Positions 32,709-42,897 of a DNA stretch of 64,000 nucleotides are shown here, one piece after another. The notes under the pieces are model-generated. The model searched no databases. It saw nothing but the letters and a program-made list of their open reading frames with translations, and was not told where the DNA came from. The stretch is from contig CAVQCI010000005.1 in the NCBI GenBank assembly GCA_963710985.1, positions 111,892 to 175,891 on the forward strand. The letters run 5' to 3'. The number at the start of each line of letters is the position of its first letter. The stretch's first letter is position 1. The translations under genes and the position numbers were made by a program. This stretch comes from an uncultured Actinomycetes bacterium (GTDB lineage Bacteria; Actinomycetota; UBA4738; HRBIN12).

Positions 32709-34353
32709 GTGCAGACCGACGCGCGGACACGCCGTCGGCGCGGGTCTCGTCTCGAACTCCGTGGCGGGGGCGGCCTGGACCACCGTCAGCCGCCTGAGCG
32801 GGTTCGCGCAGACGATCACGGTCGGCGCCGTGCTGGGCGCGACGTACCTCGGCAACAGCTACCAAGCATCAACTCGCTCCCGAACATCATGTACTACCAG
32901 CTGCTTGTCGGGGTCGCTGTTCGCGTCGATCCTGGTCCCGCCGCTCGTGCATCAGCTCGACGCCGGAGACCGCGCGGCGCGCAGGCGTCTGGCCCGCGGG
33001 TTCTTCGGCGTGGTGCTGGTGCTCGCCGTCGCGCTCGCGGCTCCTGCTCCTGTGCGCCGGGCCGCTGCATCGTGCGCGCTGCTCACCTCGGCGTGCCGGA
33101 CCCGGCCGCCGCCGCAGCAGCGCGTCAGATCGGCTCGTGCTGCTCGCGATCTTCGTCCCCCAGGTCGTCCTGTACCGGTCGCGGGGAGCGGCGCCGCCGT
33201 GATGAACGCCACGGCCGGTTCGCCCTGGCGGCCGGGGCGCCAGACGTCGAGAACGCGGCATCATCACCACGCTGTTCGTCGCCGGCGCTGATCTTCGGCA
33301 CGGCTGGGAGTCGCCACCGTGACCGACTGCCGAGCTCCTCCTGCTCGGGCTGGGCACCACGGCCGCGGTGGGCGTCCACGCCGGGCGTCGTGGCTCGGGG
33401 CGCGCCGCACGGGCCTCGCCTCGTGCCGCGGCGCGGGTGGCGCGACCCGGAGGTGCGGGTCGTGGTCCGGCCGGGTCGTGCCGACGCTCGCGGTACACGG
33501 GGCTCGAGGCGGTCCAGGTCTTCGCGATGTTCATGGTGGCCGACCGGGTGCGGGCGGCCTCGTCGCCTTCCAGCTCGCGATCGAACTTCTTCATACCTGC
33601 CGGCGGCGGTCGTGACCTGGCCGATCGCGCGCGCCGCGCTTCCCCAGCTCGCCCGGCTCGACCACGCCGGGGAACAGACGGGTTCCGCGACGAGCTCTTC
33701 CGGGCGACGCGGCTGGCACGCGTTCATCACGATGCCCGCCGCGCTCGCCTACCTCGTGCTCGCCGTGACCGCTCGCGCGGGCGGTCTCGTTCGGGCAAGC
33801 TCGGCCACGCCGTCGGGCGTCGCGCTCGTACGCGCTCTCGCTCGCCTCGCTCGCCCCGGCGTGATCGGCGACGGGGCTGGTTCATCCTCGGCACCTACGC
33901 GTTCTACGCGCGGATGGACGCCCGCGACGCCGCTGCGGTCGATGGTGGTCCGGGGCGTGAGCGCTGGGGTTCCTGGCCGCTCACGTGGGCACTCGAGCTG
34001 CCCGTGCTGCCGATCCTCGGGCTTGCGCTCTCGGCGGGGAGCCTCGTCGGCGCCGGCCATCTGTGGCGCGCGGTGCTCCGGGACGCGGCGGTCGCCGGTC
34101 CCGACCCCGGGGTCCGCCGGCTCCGGCGATCGCTCGCCCGGACGGGGCTCGCGTCGCTCGCGATGGCCGGCCCGGCCGCGCTCGTGGCGGTCGGGCTGGG
34201 CCGGACGCTGCACGGTCAGGCTCGGCGAGGTGCTGGCGGTCGCTGGTGGCGCCGCCGTGGGCGCGGCGGTGTACTTCGGGGTCCAGCGGCGCGGCCGGAG
34301 GCGAGGAGGTCTCCTCGCTGCGCGACGCCCTGCGCCGGCGGGGGGTCCGCTGA
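32709..34353 (+). CDS. MurJ/MviN-like flippase; many frameshifts
   Basis: WTTVSRLSGF, LGATYLGNSYQ, NSLPNIMYYQLL..., FYARMDAR fragments. Confidence 0.7.
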
Positions 34354-35794
34354 TGGACGTCGGTCTGCCGGTGGCGGGGACGTCGCGGCGTTGGGTCCGC
34401 GCGGCGATCGTCGCGGCGATCTGCGTGGGTCTGTTCGCGGTGGGCGCCCTCGTGCCGCGGTCCCGGCCGAGGCGGTCGCGCTCGGCGCGGTCGCGGCCGC
34501 GCTCGCCCTCGCGATGGCCCTGCACCCGCCGCTCGCCGCGTACGCGCTGGTCGGCATCACGCCGCTCGTGGCGGGCATCGACCGCGGGCCGGCTCTTCCC
34601 GGTGCTGCGCCCGCCGAGGCGCTCGCGCTCGCGCGTGGCGCCGCGCTCGTGCCCGCGGCCTCTTCTGGTTGCGCACGGGGGCACGTGCCGCGCATGAGGA
34701 TCGTCCGCTCGACGTGGCCATCCTGCTGCTCGCGTTCACGAGCTCGGTCCTGCCGCTCGCATGGATGGCGGCCCGGCGCGTGAGCATGACCCAGGACGAC
34801 CTCCTGTACGCGCTGATGATCTGGAAGTACTACGGGGTCTTCCTGATCGTGCGGTGCAGCGTGCGCACCCGGCCGCGAGATCGGCCGGTGCCTGCTGGGT
34901 CTCGATGGGCAGCGCGGCGATCGTGGCGGTGATCGCGATCCTCCAGTCGATGCAGCTGTTCGGGATCCCGAGGTTGCTTCGTCAGCCTCTACTCCGCCTA
35001 CGGCGACACGAGCGTGCTCACGAACAGCCGCGGGGGCGCGACGCTCTCGCTGCCGATCGCGGTGGCGGACCTGATGATCCTGAACCTCGGCGATCGCCGT
35101 CGGGCTCGTCCTGCCGTCGCCTGCTCTCGCGCGCGGGCTGCTCGGTGGGCGCGTCCGGCCTGTTCGTCGACCGGCGTGCTGGCCTCCGGGCAGATCTCGG
35201 CCTTCATCGGCCTGGTCGTGGCGGTCGTGGCGCTCGCCGGCGTGACCGGCGCTCCGGGACGCTCCTGCGGCGTTCTGCCGCGCGCTGCTCCTCGCCGGGG
35301 ATCCTGCTGCGGCCGGTGATCCAGCGCGGCTTGGGGTTCCAGACCGCGAGCGGGCTCCCCGGTGAGCTGGCAGGGCCGCTGGTTCAACCTGACCAACTAC
35401 TTCTGGCCGTCGCTCTTCTCCCACTGTCAACTTCTTGCTGGGCGTGCGTGTCGGCGCGCGTGTCCACCTCCGCGATCGCCACCGGCTACATCTGGATCGA
35501 GTCCGGCTACACGTGGCTGCTGTGGGCCGGCGGCATCCCGCTGCTCGGGGCGTTCCTCTACTTCCTGTGGGTGGCGCTCGTCTCGCGCGCCGTGCCGCTC
35601 TCGCCGCGGCGAGGGTCCCGTCGCCGTGGCGGGCCTGGCGGTCGCCACGGGGCTCGTCATGGTGTGCCGTGCTGATGACGATCGACCCGCACCTCACCTA
35701 CCGGGGCTCGGCCGACCTCCTGTTCGCGTTGCTGGCCGTCTGCTCGACGCCGATCGCGCTCGGGTCGACGCCTGCACAGGAGCCGCGAAGATGA
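34353..35794 (+). CDS. Polytopic membrane protein, probable polysaccharide polymerase/O-antigen ligase; many frameshifts
   Basis: Hydrophobic fragments; SWQGRWFNL and [14 protein letters not shown] loop; position in the cluster. Confidence 0.6.
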
Positions 35795-37014
35795 CCCGCC
35801 GTCGCGATCGTCGTCGCGGCCACGTCCTGCTCGTGATCGAGAACGTGCCCTTCTCCCGCGACCACCGGGCCCGCAAGCAGGCCGACGCGCTGGCGCGTGC
35901 CGGCCGCCGGGTCACCGTCCTCACGCAGCGCGATCCCGACAACGCCCGCTACGCCTCCGGCGCCGTTCGCCTCCTCGAGTACCGAGCGCCGCGCGAGGCG
36001 TCCGGCGCCCTCGGCTACCTCCTGGAGTACGGGTGGTCCCTGACGGCGTGGCTCGTCCTCGCGGTCCGGCTCTACGTGCGGGAGCCGTTCGGCGCGATCC
36101 AGGCCGGACAGCCGCCGGACATCTCGCCGGCGCTGGCGCTGCCGTTCCGGTTGCTCGGTGTCCGCTACGTGGTGGACCAGCGGGACCTCTCGCCGGAGCT
36201 CTTCGCGACCCGCTTCGGCGCGCGGACCGGCTGGCTGCCGGCGTTCCTCCGGCTCCTGGAGCGCACGTCGTGGAGGCTGGCGGACCGCGTGCTGTGCGTC
36301 AACGAGTCGCTGCGTGACACGATCGTGGGGCGGGGGGGCGTCGATCCCGCGAAGGTCACGATCGTCGGCAACGGCCCTGTGTTCGCGCGGGTCGCGCGGG
36401 CGCGGCCCGATCCGGCGCTACGCGACGGTGCGGCGCATCTCGTCTGTTGGGTCGGCGTGATGGGCGCTCAGGACCGGCTCGATCTGGCGCTCCACGCCGC
36501 AGCCGACGTCGTGCATCGGCTCGGCCGGCCGGACGTGCGGTTCGCGTTCATCGGCGAGGGGGAGTCGCGTGGCGAGGCGCAGGCGCTGGCCGGCCGGCTG
36601 GGGCTCGAGGACCGCGTGGCGTTCCCCGGTTGGCTCGACGAAGCGGCCTGCTTCGCCTACCTCGCGACCGCGGACGTGGGGATCGACCCGAACCTGCAGG
36701 AAGAGGTGTCCCCGGTCAAAGGGATGGAGTACCTGGCGTTCGGGCTCCCGTTCGTCGCGTTCGACCTGCCGCAGACGCGAGCGATGGCCGGGGACGCGGG
36801 TTCCTACGTCCCGAGGGGGGATGCCTCCGCGTTCGCCGACGAGATCGCCCGGGTGCTCGAGGACCGGGAGCGCGCGGAGCGGATGGGCCGGGCAGGCGTG
36901 GAGCGCGTCCGGACGATCTTGGCGTGGGAGCGTCAGGAGGAGCGGTACGTGGAGGCGTACGGTTCGTTGCTGCCCACGCCCGCGATGCCGGTCTCGCGGC
37001 CGGCAGGCGTGTAG
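35791..37014 (+). CDS. Glycosyltransferase family 4
   Basis: [40 protein letters not shown]. Confidence 0.9.
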   Translation: MTRRRDRRRGHVLLVIENVPFSRDHRARKQADALARAGRRVTVLTQRDPDNARYASGAVRLLEYRAPREASGALGYLLEYGWSLTAWLVLAVRLYVREPFGAIQAGQPPDISPALALPFRLLGVRYVVDQRDLSPELFATRFGARTGWLPAFLRLLERTSWRLADRVLCVNESLRDTIVGRGGVDPAKVTIVGNGPVFARVARARPDPALRDGAAHLVCWVGVMGAQDRLDLALHAAADVVHRLGRPDVRFAFIGEGESRGEAQALAGRLGLEDRVAFPGWLDEAACFAYLATADVGIDPNLQEEVSPVKGMEYLAFGLPFVAFDLPQTRAMAGDAGSYVPRGDASAFADEIARVLEDRERAERMGRAGVERVRTILAWERQEERYVEAYGSLLPTPAMPVSRPAGV

Positions 37015-37184
37015 CGCGCTCCGCGTCGCACCGTTCCACACACGACGACGTAGGAAGGGTGGTCCATCGGCCCTACGGCCACCCGGGGGATGGCCCATCC
37101 CCTATCCGGCTTACGGAGACTAGCGTATCTGCCCCGTGTGCTGTAGCCTTTCGCCCTCGAACAACCGGCCGGGGAAGGGCAGCG

Positions 37185-37937
37185 ATGATGGTGTCGGTGA
37201 TGGTGGTCGATGACGACCTGATGTTCGCGGACGCGCTCCGCGTCGCGATCGAGCACATCTTCGACGTCGCCGGTGTGGCGGTGTCGCTCGAGGAGGCGGC
37301 CGCGATCGCGGCCCGCGCGGCGCCCGATGTCGCGCTCGTCGCGCTGGACCATCTCCACGGCGACGGTGTCTCCGATGTCGGGGCGACGATCCTCGAGGCC
37401 AGCCCGGCGACGGTCCTGGTCGCGATGGCCGCCGATGCCGCGACGCACCCGATCGAGGATCTGCTCCGGGAGCGGTTCTGCGCGATCATCTCGAAGGACG
37501 TCGCCCTGGATGCCTTCGTCGCCGCCGTCGTGGACGTCATCTCCACGGGATGCCCGGACGGCGTCGTGGTGGTGGGCGGAAGCCCCAGGAGGCGGCTCCG
37601 CGACGGCTCCGAGCTCGTGGTCGACCTGACCCGCCGCGAGCGTGAGGTCCTGGAGCTCCTGGTGGAGGGGGCGAGCGGTCCCGAGATCGCCGAAGAGCTT
37701 CGGATCAGCATCAACACCGTGCGCTCGCACATCCAGTCGCTCTTCGCGAAGCTCCACGTCCACTCGCAGCTGGAGGCCGCTGCCTACGCCGTGCGGGTGG
37801 GCCTCATCGACATCGCCGGGCTCCGCTCGCCCGCTGTCTCCGCAGCGCCTCGCGGTCCCGGGGACCCTGGCGACCGGAGCGAGGGCGTGGGCGCGGTTCG
37901 GAGCGGGGGTCAGAAGGTAGAGAAGCGTCCGGCGTGA
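37185..37937 (+). CDS. LuxR/NarL-family response regulator (atypical receiver)
   Basis: VVDDD...PDVALVAL; LTRREREVL...IAEELRISINTVRSH HTH. Confidence 0.88.
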   Translation: MMVSVMVVDDDLMFADALRVAIEHIFDVAGVAVSLEEAAAIAARAAPDVALVALDHLHGDGVSDVGATILEASPATVLVAMAADAATHPIEDLLRERFCAIISKDVALDAFVAAVVDVISTGCPDGVVVVGGSPRRRLRDGSELVVDLTRREREVLELLVEGASGPEIAEELRISINTVRSHIQSLFAKLHVHSQLEAAAYAVRVGLIDIAGLRSPAVSAAPRGPGDPGDRSEGVGAVRSGGQKVEKRPA

Positions 37938-38044
37938 TCCGGGCGGGGGAGGGGGGTCGCGATCGCTTCCTCAGGTCACAGTAGTCGGACTACACCCGGA
38001 TGAGGGCCACGGGGTTCCGGTCCGCGCCTAGCGTCCATCGCACG

Positions 38045-38757
38045 ATGACGCTCACCCACGCGCCCCTGAGCGAGGTCGCCCCGCCCGGCGAGCTGCGCGT
38101 CCTCGTCGCGCTCGAGCAGGTCCTGTTCCGCGAGGCCGTGCGGACCGCCCTGGAGCGCGAACCCGATCTCTCGGTGGTCCTCGCGCTCGATTCCTGCTCG
38201 TCGATCGTCGATGAAGCCGGGCGCGTCCGGCCGCGCGTCGTGGTCATCGACGCCGGCCTGGGGGGCGGGAGCGTGATCGACACGGTGCGGGCGCTCCGCG
38301 CGCAGCCGCACCCTCCGGCGGTCGTCTGCATCGGGGTGGGCAACGACCATCGGTTCGTCGTGCAGGCGATCCGCGCAGGCATGAACGGGTACGTGACGCG
38401 CGGCTCGCCGGTGACCGAGCTGATCTCGGTGGTGCGCGCGGTCGATCGAGGAGAGCTGGCGATCCCCGAAGGATGCTCGCGGGCGTCGTCCAACGTCTCC
38501 TCGGCCGCGACGACATCCGCGAGGATGCCCTCGCGCGGATCTCACGCCTGACGCAGCGAGAGCGCCGGGTGCTGGCGCTGCTGTCCAAAGGCGCCACGAA
38601 CGCCACGGTCGCCTCGGCGATGTTCATCAGTCCGCTCACGGCGCGGACCCACATCCAGAACGTGCTGACGAAGCTCGGCGTCCATTCGCGCCTGGAGGCC
38701 GCGATGTTCGTGGCGCAGAACGACATCGTCCACGAGCTCGAACGCGCGCCGCGCTGA
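38045..38757 (+). CDS. LuxR/NarL-family response regulator; frameshift near 38470
   Basis: Receiver-like N-terminus; LTQRERRVL...ISPLTARTHIQNVLTKLGVHSRLEA. Confidence 0.85.
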
Positions 38758-38877
38758 GCAGGGGATCGGTGCATCCATCCGTCCGGAGTAGCGAACTACA
38801 CCGTTTCGACCGTTCCCGTCCCGCGCCCGCTCCTTACCGTCGGCGCACAACGTGCCGGTGGAACGGGGAGGGTATCG

Positions 38878-39531
38878 ATGACGGTCCTGCGCGACGCTCC
38901 CGGGGTCGTCCCGACCCGGGCCGCGGATGACATCTGCACGCTCTACCTGGTGCGTCACGGCACCACGACGATGAACGTCGAGAACCGCTACCGCGGGCGC
39001 CGCGACGTACCGTTGGACGCGCAGGGGTACCAGGATGCGGTGGACGCCGCGCGGTACCTGTCGGACGTCGGCGTGCACGCCGTCTACACGGGGCCGCTGC
39101 GTCGCACGATCGCGACGGCGCAGATCATCGCGGACGAGGTCCGTGTCCCCGACATCCGGATCCTGCACGGCCTCAACAACATCGACTACGGGGCGTGGGA
39201 GGGCCTGACCGCCAGCGAGGCGCAGATGTACGACCCGCAGGCCTTCGAGACCTACCGGACGTCTCCCTCGACCGCGGTGTGTCCGGCGGGGGAACGTCTG
39301 CGCGACGGACAGCAGCGGGTCCTGGACGCGATCGCGCTGATGGCGGCCCGTCACCGGGGCGAGACCGCGGTCGCGGTCACGCACGCGGTCATGATCCGGC
39401 TCGCCGTCGCCGCGATCCAGGAGGTCGAGGGAGAGCAGTGGCGGCTCCCGCTCGGTCGCGGGTCCCTGTCGAAGTTCGAGATCGGCGAGGACATCACGAT
39501 CTCGCTGCCCGAGGGCGGAGACGTCGACTGA
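38878..39531 (+). CDS. Histidine phosphatase (phosphoglycerate mutase family)
   Basis: LVRHGTT, DYGAWEG, AVTH. Confidence 0.9.
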   Translation: MTVLRDAPGVVPTRAADDICTLYLVRHGTTTMNVENRYRGRRDVPLDAQGYQDAVDAARYLSDVGVHAVYTGPLRRTIATAQIIADEVRVPDIRILHGLNNIDYGAWEGLTASEAQMYDPQAFETYRTSPSTAVCPAGERLRDGQQRVLDAIALMAARHRGETAVAVTHAVMIRLAVAAIQEVEGEQWRLPLGRGSLSKFEIGEDITISLPEGGDVD

Positions 39532-39533
39532 GG

Positions 39534-40418
39534 ATGGCGTTCCGAACCGAGCGGCGGTCGGCGCCGGACACGAGGCCGGCGAGCGATGACGACGTGGTGG
39601 CGCGCCGCGGCGCGCATCCACGGCACGTCCTCCGCCGCTACCTCTCGGAACGTCCGTCGCTGTACCTGCCGTTGGCCCGCCGTCGGTACCCGGGACCGAG
39701 CCCGATGGTGGTCACGCGCGACACGGACCTGGTGATCGACGGGTACACGCGCTCGGCGACGACCTACGCGGTGTACGCCTTCCAGGTCGCGCAACCGCGG
39801 CCCGTGCGTCTGGCGCACCACCTGCACGCCCCTGCGCAGATCCTCGCCGCGGCGCGGTGGGGCATCCCGACGATCCTGTTGATCCGCGACCCCGAAGGGG
39901 CGGTGCTGTCGCAGGTCGTGCGTGAGCCCGGCGTCACCGTGCGCGACGCGCTCGTGTCGTGGCGGCGCTTCTACGAGGTGACGCTTCGCCGCCCCGGCGC
40001 GTTCGTCGTGGGGGAGTTCGCGCAGGTGACGACCGACATGGGCCGCGTGACCCGCGACCTGAACGAGAGGTTCGGGACGTCGTTCGCGGAGTTCGAGCGG
40101 ACGCGGGGCCACGAGCGGGAGGTGCTCGAGCTCATGGGGGAGCGACCGACCACGATCCCCGAGTGGTCGTCGATCCTGCTCGGCTTCGAGTCGGGTCTGG
40201 TCTCGCGGGAGGAGGTGCTCGCGGCGCGCGAGCGCTTCCGGGGCCGATCGGACCGCGGCGCGCGACCGACGTGGGTCCCGTCGCAGGAACGCGACGCGGC
40301 GAAGGAGCGGTTGGGGGCCGAGTGGGCCGATCGTGCGCTCGATCGGGAGCGGGCGCGCGCGTATCGCGTCTATGAAGACGTGGTGGCGCGGTCGCATTTC
40401 GGTTCCCACGTAACCTAA
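39534..40418 (+). CDS. Putative PAPS-dependent sulfotransferase
   Basis: DGYTRSATTY (5'-PSB loop-like) and LIRDPEGAVLS (3'-PB-like). Confidence 0.65.
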   Translation: MAFRTERRSAPDTRPASDDDVVARRGAHPRHVLRRYLSERPSLYLPLARRRYPGPSPMVVTRDTDLVIDGYTRSATTYAVYAFQVAQPRPVRLAHHLHAPAQILAAARWGIPTILLIRDPEGAVLSQVVREPGVTVRDALVSWRRFYEVTLRRPGAFVVGEFAQVTTDMGRVTRDLNERFGTSFAEFERTRGHEREVLELMGERPTTIPEWSSILLGFESGLVSREEVLAARERFRGRSDRGARPTWVPSQERDAAKERLGAEWADRALDRERARAYRVYEDVVARSHFGSHVT

Positions 40419-40675
40419 GGACGGCGGGAGCAAGGCCGGTTGGGCGATGACTCCCACCGCCCTCTTGTCCTCTGGACGGGCGTTGCGTTCGGGACCCCGC
40501 TCGAGGGTATCGACGGCCTGACTTGCCTGCGCCGTCGTTCGCCCATCCTCGTTGTTCCGGGCATGGAGGGCCCGAGTGAACCCGAGCCCACCGTGCCGAC
40601 GCGCGACCGGTTCATGACGGGTGCGACCCGTACGGTGCGTGCTGCCTTCTTCTTGCGGTTCCGATTACACGCCAG
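40419..40675 (-). ncRNA. Candidate structured non-coding RNA (~260 nt), family not recognised
   Basis: Six stems whose imperfections are mostly G-U pairs on the minus strand; upstream TTGACG-17 nt-TAAGTC; no credible ORF. Confidence 0.6.
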
Positions 40676-40840
40676 ACCGACTTAAGGGCCGTACCGGCGG
40701 TCGTCAACGTTGGGTGAAACATCCGACACCTTCGTGGAGGGCGGAACCATACAGCCCGAGGTGCCACCCGATGAGTGAGGAGACCCCGCGATGACTGAGA
40801 ACGTCGGGTGGGCGGGAGGCGGCGCTGGTAGCGTCGCGCC

Positions 40841-41269
40841 ATGGCTCGCGCGACACCGGTCCTCGGTCCCTCGCAGCGCGAACGTCTGCTGGACCTCGTG
40901 CTGTGGACCGTCGCAACAGTTTCGCTCGCGTTGACGTCCGTGTTGTCGTTCTTCGCAGAGCCCCCCGGTTCGGGGTTCGGCCACGGCATCGACAAGGTCG
41001 AGCACGCCTTGGCCTACTTCATGACGACGCTCGCGGTGCTGCTCGCCGGGGTGTGGCGACCCGGACGCGGACTGGGCCGGTTCCCGGGCGCAAGGTGGTG
41101 GATCGCGGGCGCGGCGCTGGCCGCCGGCGCGCTGATCGAGGTCCTGCAGAGCGCGCTCACCACGAACCGCCAGGGCGACGTGCGCGACTGGCTCGCGGAG
41201 CTGGTCGGTGTCGGGCTGGCGCTCCTGGCGCTCCGCCTGCTCGAGCGGCGGGAACCCGCCCCGTCCTGA
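40841..41269 (+). CDS. VanZ-family membrane protein
   Basis: DKVEHALAY, IEVLQ, RQGDVRDWLA. Confidence 0.85.
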   Translation: MARATPVLGPSQRERLLDLVLWTVATVSLALTSVLSFFAEPPGSGFGHGIDKVEHALAYFMTTLAVLLAGVWRPGRGLGRFPGARWWIAGAALAAGALIEVLQSALTTNRQGDVRDWLAELVGVGLALLALRLLERREPAPS

Positions 41270-41289
41270 CGCTGCTACGGTCGAGCGCG

Positions 41290-41712
41290 ATGCGCCGCGT
41301 CCGTCGGTTCCTCGCCCTCCCCGCCGCCGACCGCCTGCTCCTCGTGCGCGCGCTGGGCTGGGTCGGCCTCGCGCGCGCGGCGCTGTGGTTCGTGCCGTTC
41401 ACGAGGCTCCGTACCGCGGCCGACCGCCTGCGCGCCTCCGGCCTTCGGCGGGGGACCGACCCCGCGCGCGTGGCCTGGGCGGTGCGGACCGCGGCGCGCG
41501 CGGTGCCGGAGGCGACGTGCCTGTCGCAGGCGCTCGCAGCCGACGCGATGCTCCGCCGCGCGGGACGCACGCCGACGCTCCGGATCGGCGTCGCGAAGGA
41601 CGGCGACGCGCTCGAGGCCCATGCCTGGCTCGAGCTCGACGGCGCGGTCCTCCTCGGCGACCACGACCTGCACCGGTACACGCCGCTCGAGTCGCGGCCC
41701 GAGACGTCCTGA
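41290..41712 (+). CDS. Lasso-peptide B2-like transglutaminase-fold protein
   Basis: ATCLSQALA, LRIGV, LEAHAWLELDG. Confidence 0.85.
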   Translation: MRRVRRFLALPAADRLLLVRALGWVGLARAALWFVPFTRLRTAADRLRASGLRRGTDPARVAWAVRTAARAVPEATCLSQALAADAMLRRAGRTPTLRIGVAKDGDALEAHAWLELDGAVLLGDHDLHRYTPLESRPETS

Positions 41713-41769
41713 CCGACGCGCCGCCCGGGGGGCGGCTGTATGGTCGGCATGTCCGCACGGGGAGGGGGT

Positions 41770-42867
41770 ATGTCCGACGCTGACCTGGCGAACGCGATCG
41801 CAACGGCCGCCGGGCGGGTCCCCGGGGTGGCGGTCGCGATCGTGGAGGCCGACGGGCTGCGGGCGGCTGCCGGCGTCGGGACGGCCGACCTCGCATCCGG
41901 TACACCCTCGTCTCCCACCATGGTCTGTCCGTGGTTCTCGATGACGAAGATCGCCACGGCGACCCTGGCGATGCGGCTCGTCGAGGAGGGGCGTCTCGAC
42001 CTCGACGAGCCGGTGTTCCGCCAGGCCCCGCAGCTCGAGCGGCTGCGGCCGCGGGCGCGGGCCGAGCGCATCACGTCCCGGCACCTGCTCTCCCATACCG
42101 CGGGCATCGCGAACCCGATCCCGGTCTCGTGGACTCCACCCGGCCGACGAACCGGGTCCGGATCCGGCGGTGTTCCTCGACGGGCTGCTGGCCAAGCACG
42201 GCAAGCTCCACTCCGAGCCAGGCGGGCGTTCGAGCTACTCGAACCTCGGGACGCTCGTCCTCGGCCAGGTGTTGAGCTCTGTGGCGGGGAGGCCTTACGT
42301 CGATCTCGTCCAAGACCTGGTTCTGCAGCCGCTCGGGATGGCTGCGTCCGGGTTCTCCTACACAGACCCGATGGCCGGCGCCTCGGCGACCGGCTACCAC
42401 CCGCGGTTCAGCCCGATGCGGGCGCTCCTTCCCCGGTGGGTGTCGGCCCGCCGCACGGCCGTTGGATGTCGTTGCGGCGGTTCCTCCTCGACGGGTCGGC
42501 GTACGGCGGACTCGTGGGTTCCGTGACGGACGCGGCTCGCTTCCTCCGGATGCACCTGCGCGACGGTGACCTGGACGGGGTGCGGCTCCTGTCCGAGGCA
42601 GGGTCGCGCAGGATGCGCGAGATCGGCGCGCCGGGGCGCCGCTACGACCTCGGGCTCGGGTGGTTCCGTCCCACCGACGCGCGCGACGCGGATCCGCCGT
42701 TCGTGGAGCACCTGGGCGGGGGAGCAGGATTCCTCGACGTGATGCGCCTGTACCCGACGCGCGGCGTCGGGATCGTCGTGATGGGAAACGCGACCAGATT
42801 CGCGATCGACCGTGTCGCGGCGCTCGCCCTCCGTCCGTGGCCGACCGGGACGCCCTCGCCCGCCTGA
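41770..42867 (+). CDS. Serine hydrolase (beta-lactamase class C-like); compensating frameshifts ~42140-42450
   Basis: SMTK, LLSHTAG, YSN (ORF 42170), HLGG. Confidence 0.85.
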   Translation: MSDADLANAIATAAGRVPGVAVAIVEADGLRAAAGVGTADLASGTPSSPTMVCPWFSMTKIATATLAMRLVEEGRLDLDEPVFRQAPQLERLRPRARAERITSRHLLSHTAGIANPIPVSWTPPGRRTGSGSGGVPRRAAGQARQAPLRARRAFELLEPRDARPRPGVELCGGEALRRSRPRPGSAAARDGCVRVLLHRPDGRRLGDRLPPAVQPDAGAPSPVGVGPPHGRWMSLRRFLLDGSAYGGLVGSVTDAARFLRMHLRDGDLDGVRLLSEAGSRRMREIGAPGRRYDLGLGWFRPTDARDADPPFVEHLGGGAGFLDVMRLYPTRGVGIVVMGNATRFAIDRVAALALRPWPTGTPSPA

Positions 42868-42897
42868 GGCTTGCCCCGCTCCGCCGCGGAGGCGAGG

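Noticed and set aside
29090-35794. Pseudogene cluster
   Set aside because: Motifs are intact and damage is indel-dominated; sequencing error is more parsimonious
40600-40670. SRP RNA (GAAGGCAGCA resembles GAAGCAGC)
   Set aside because: The CAGG...GNRA...AGCAG helix-8 arrangement is absent
40415-40685. Small ORFs 40415..40615(-) and 40440..40685(+)
   Set aside because: Weak codon bias and no motifs; RNA structure explains the region better
40791-40934. 47-aa ORF MTENVGW...CWTSCCGP as a RiPP/lasso precursor
   Set aside because: Out-of-frame overlap with vanZ; no YxxPxL leader or Thr(-2)/acceptor pattern
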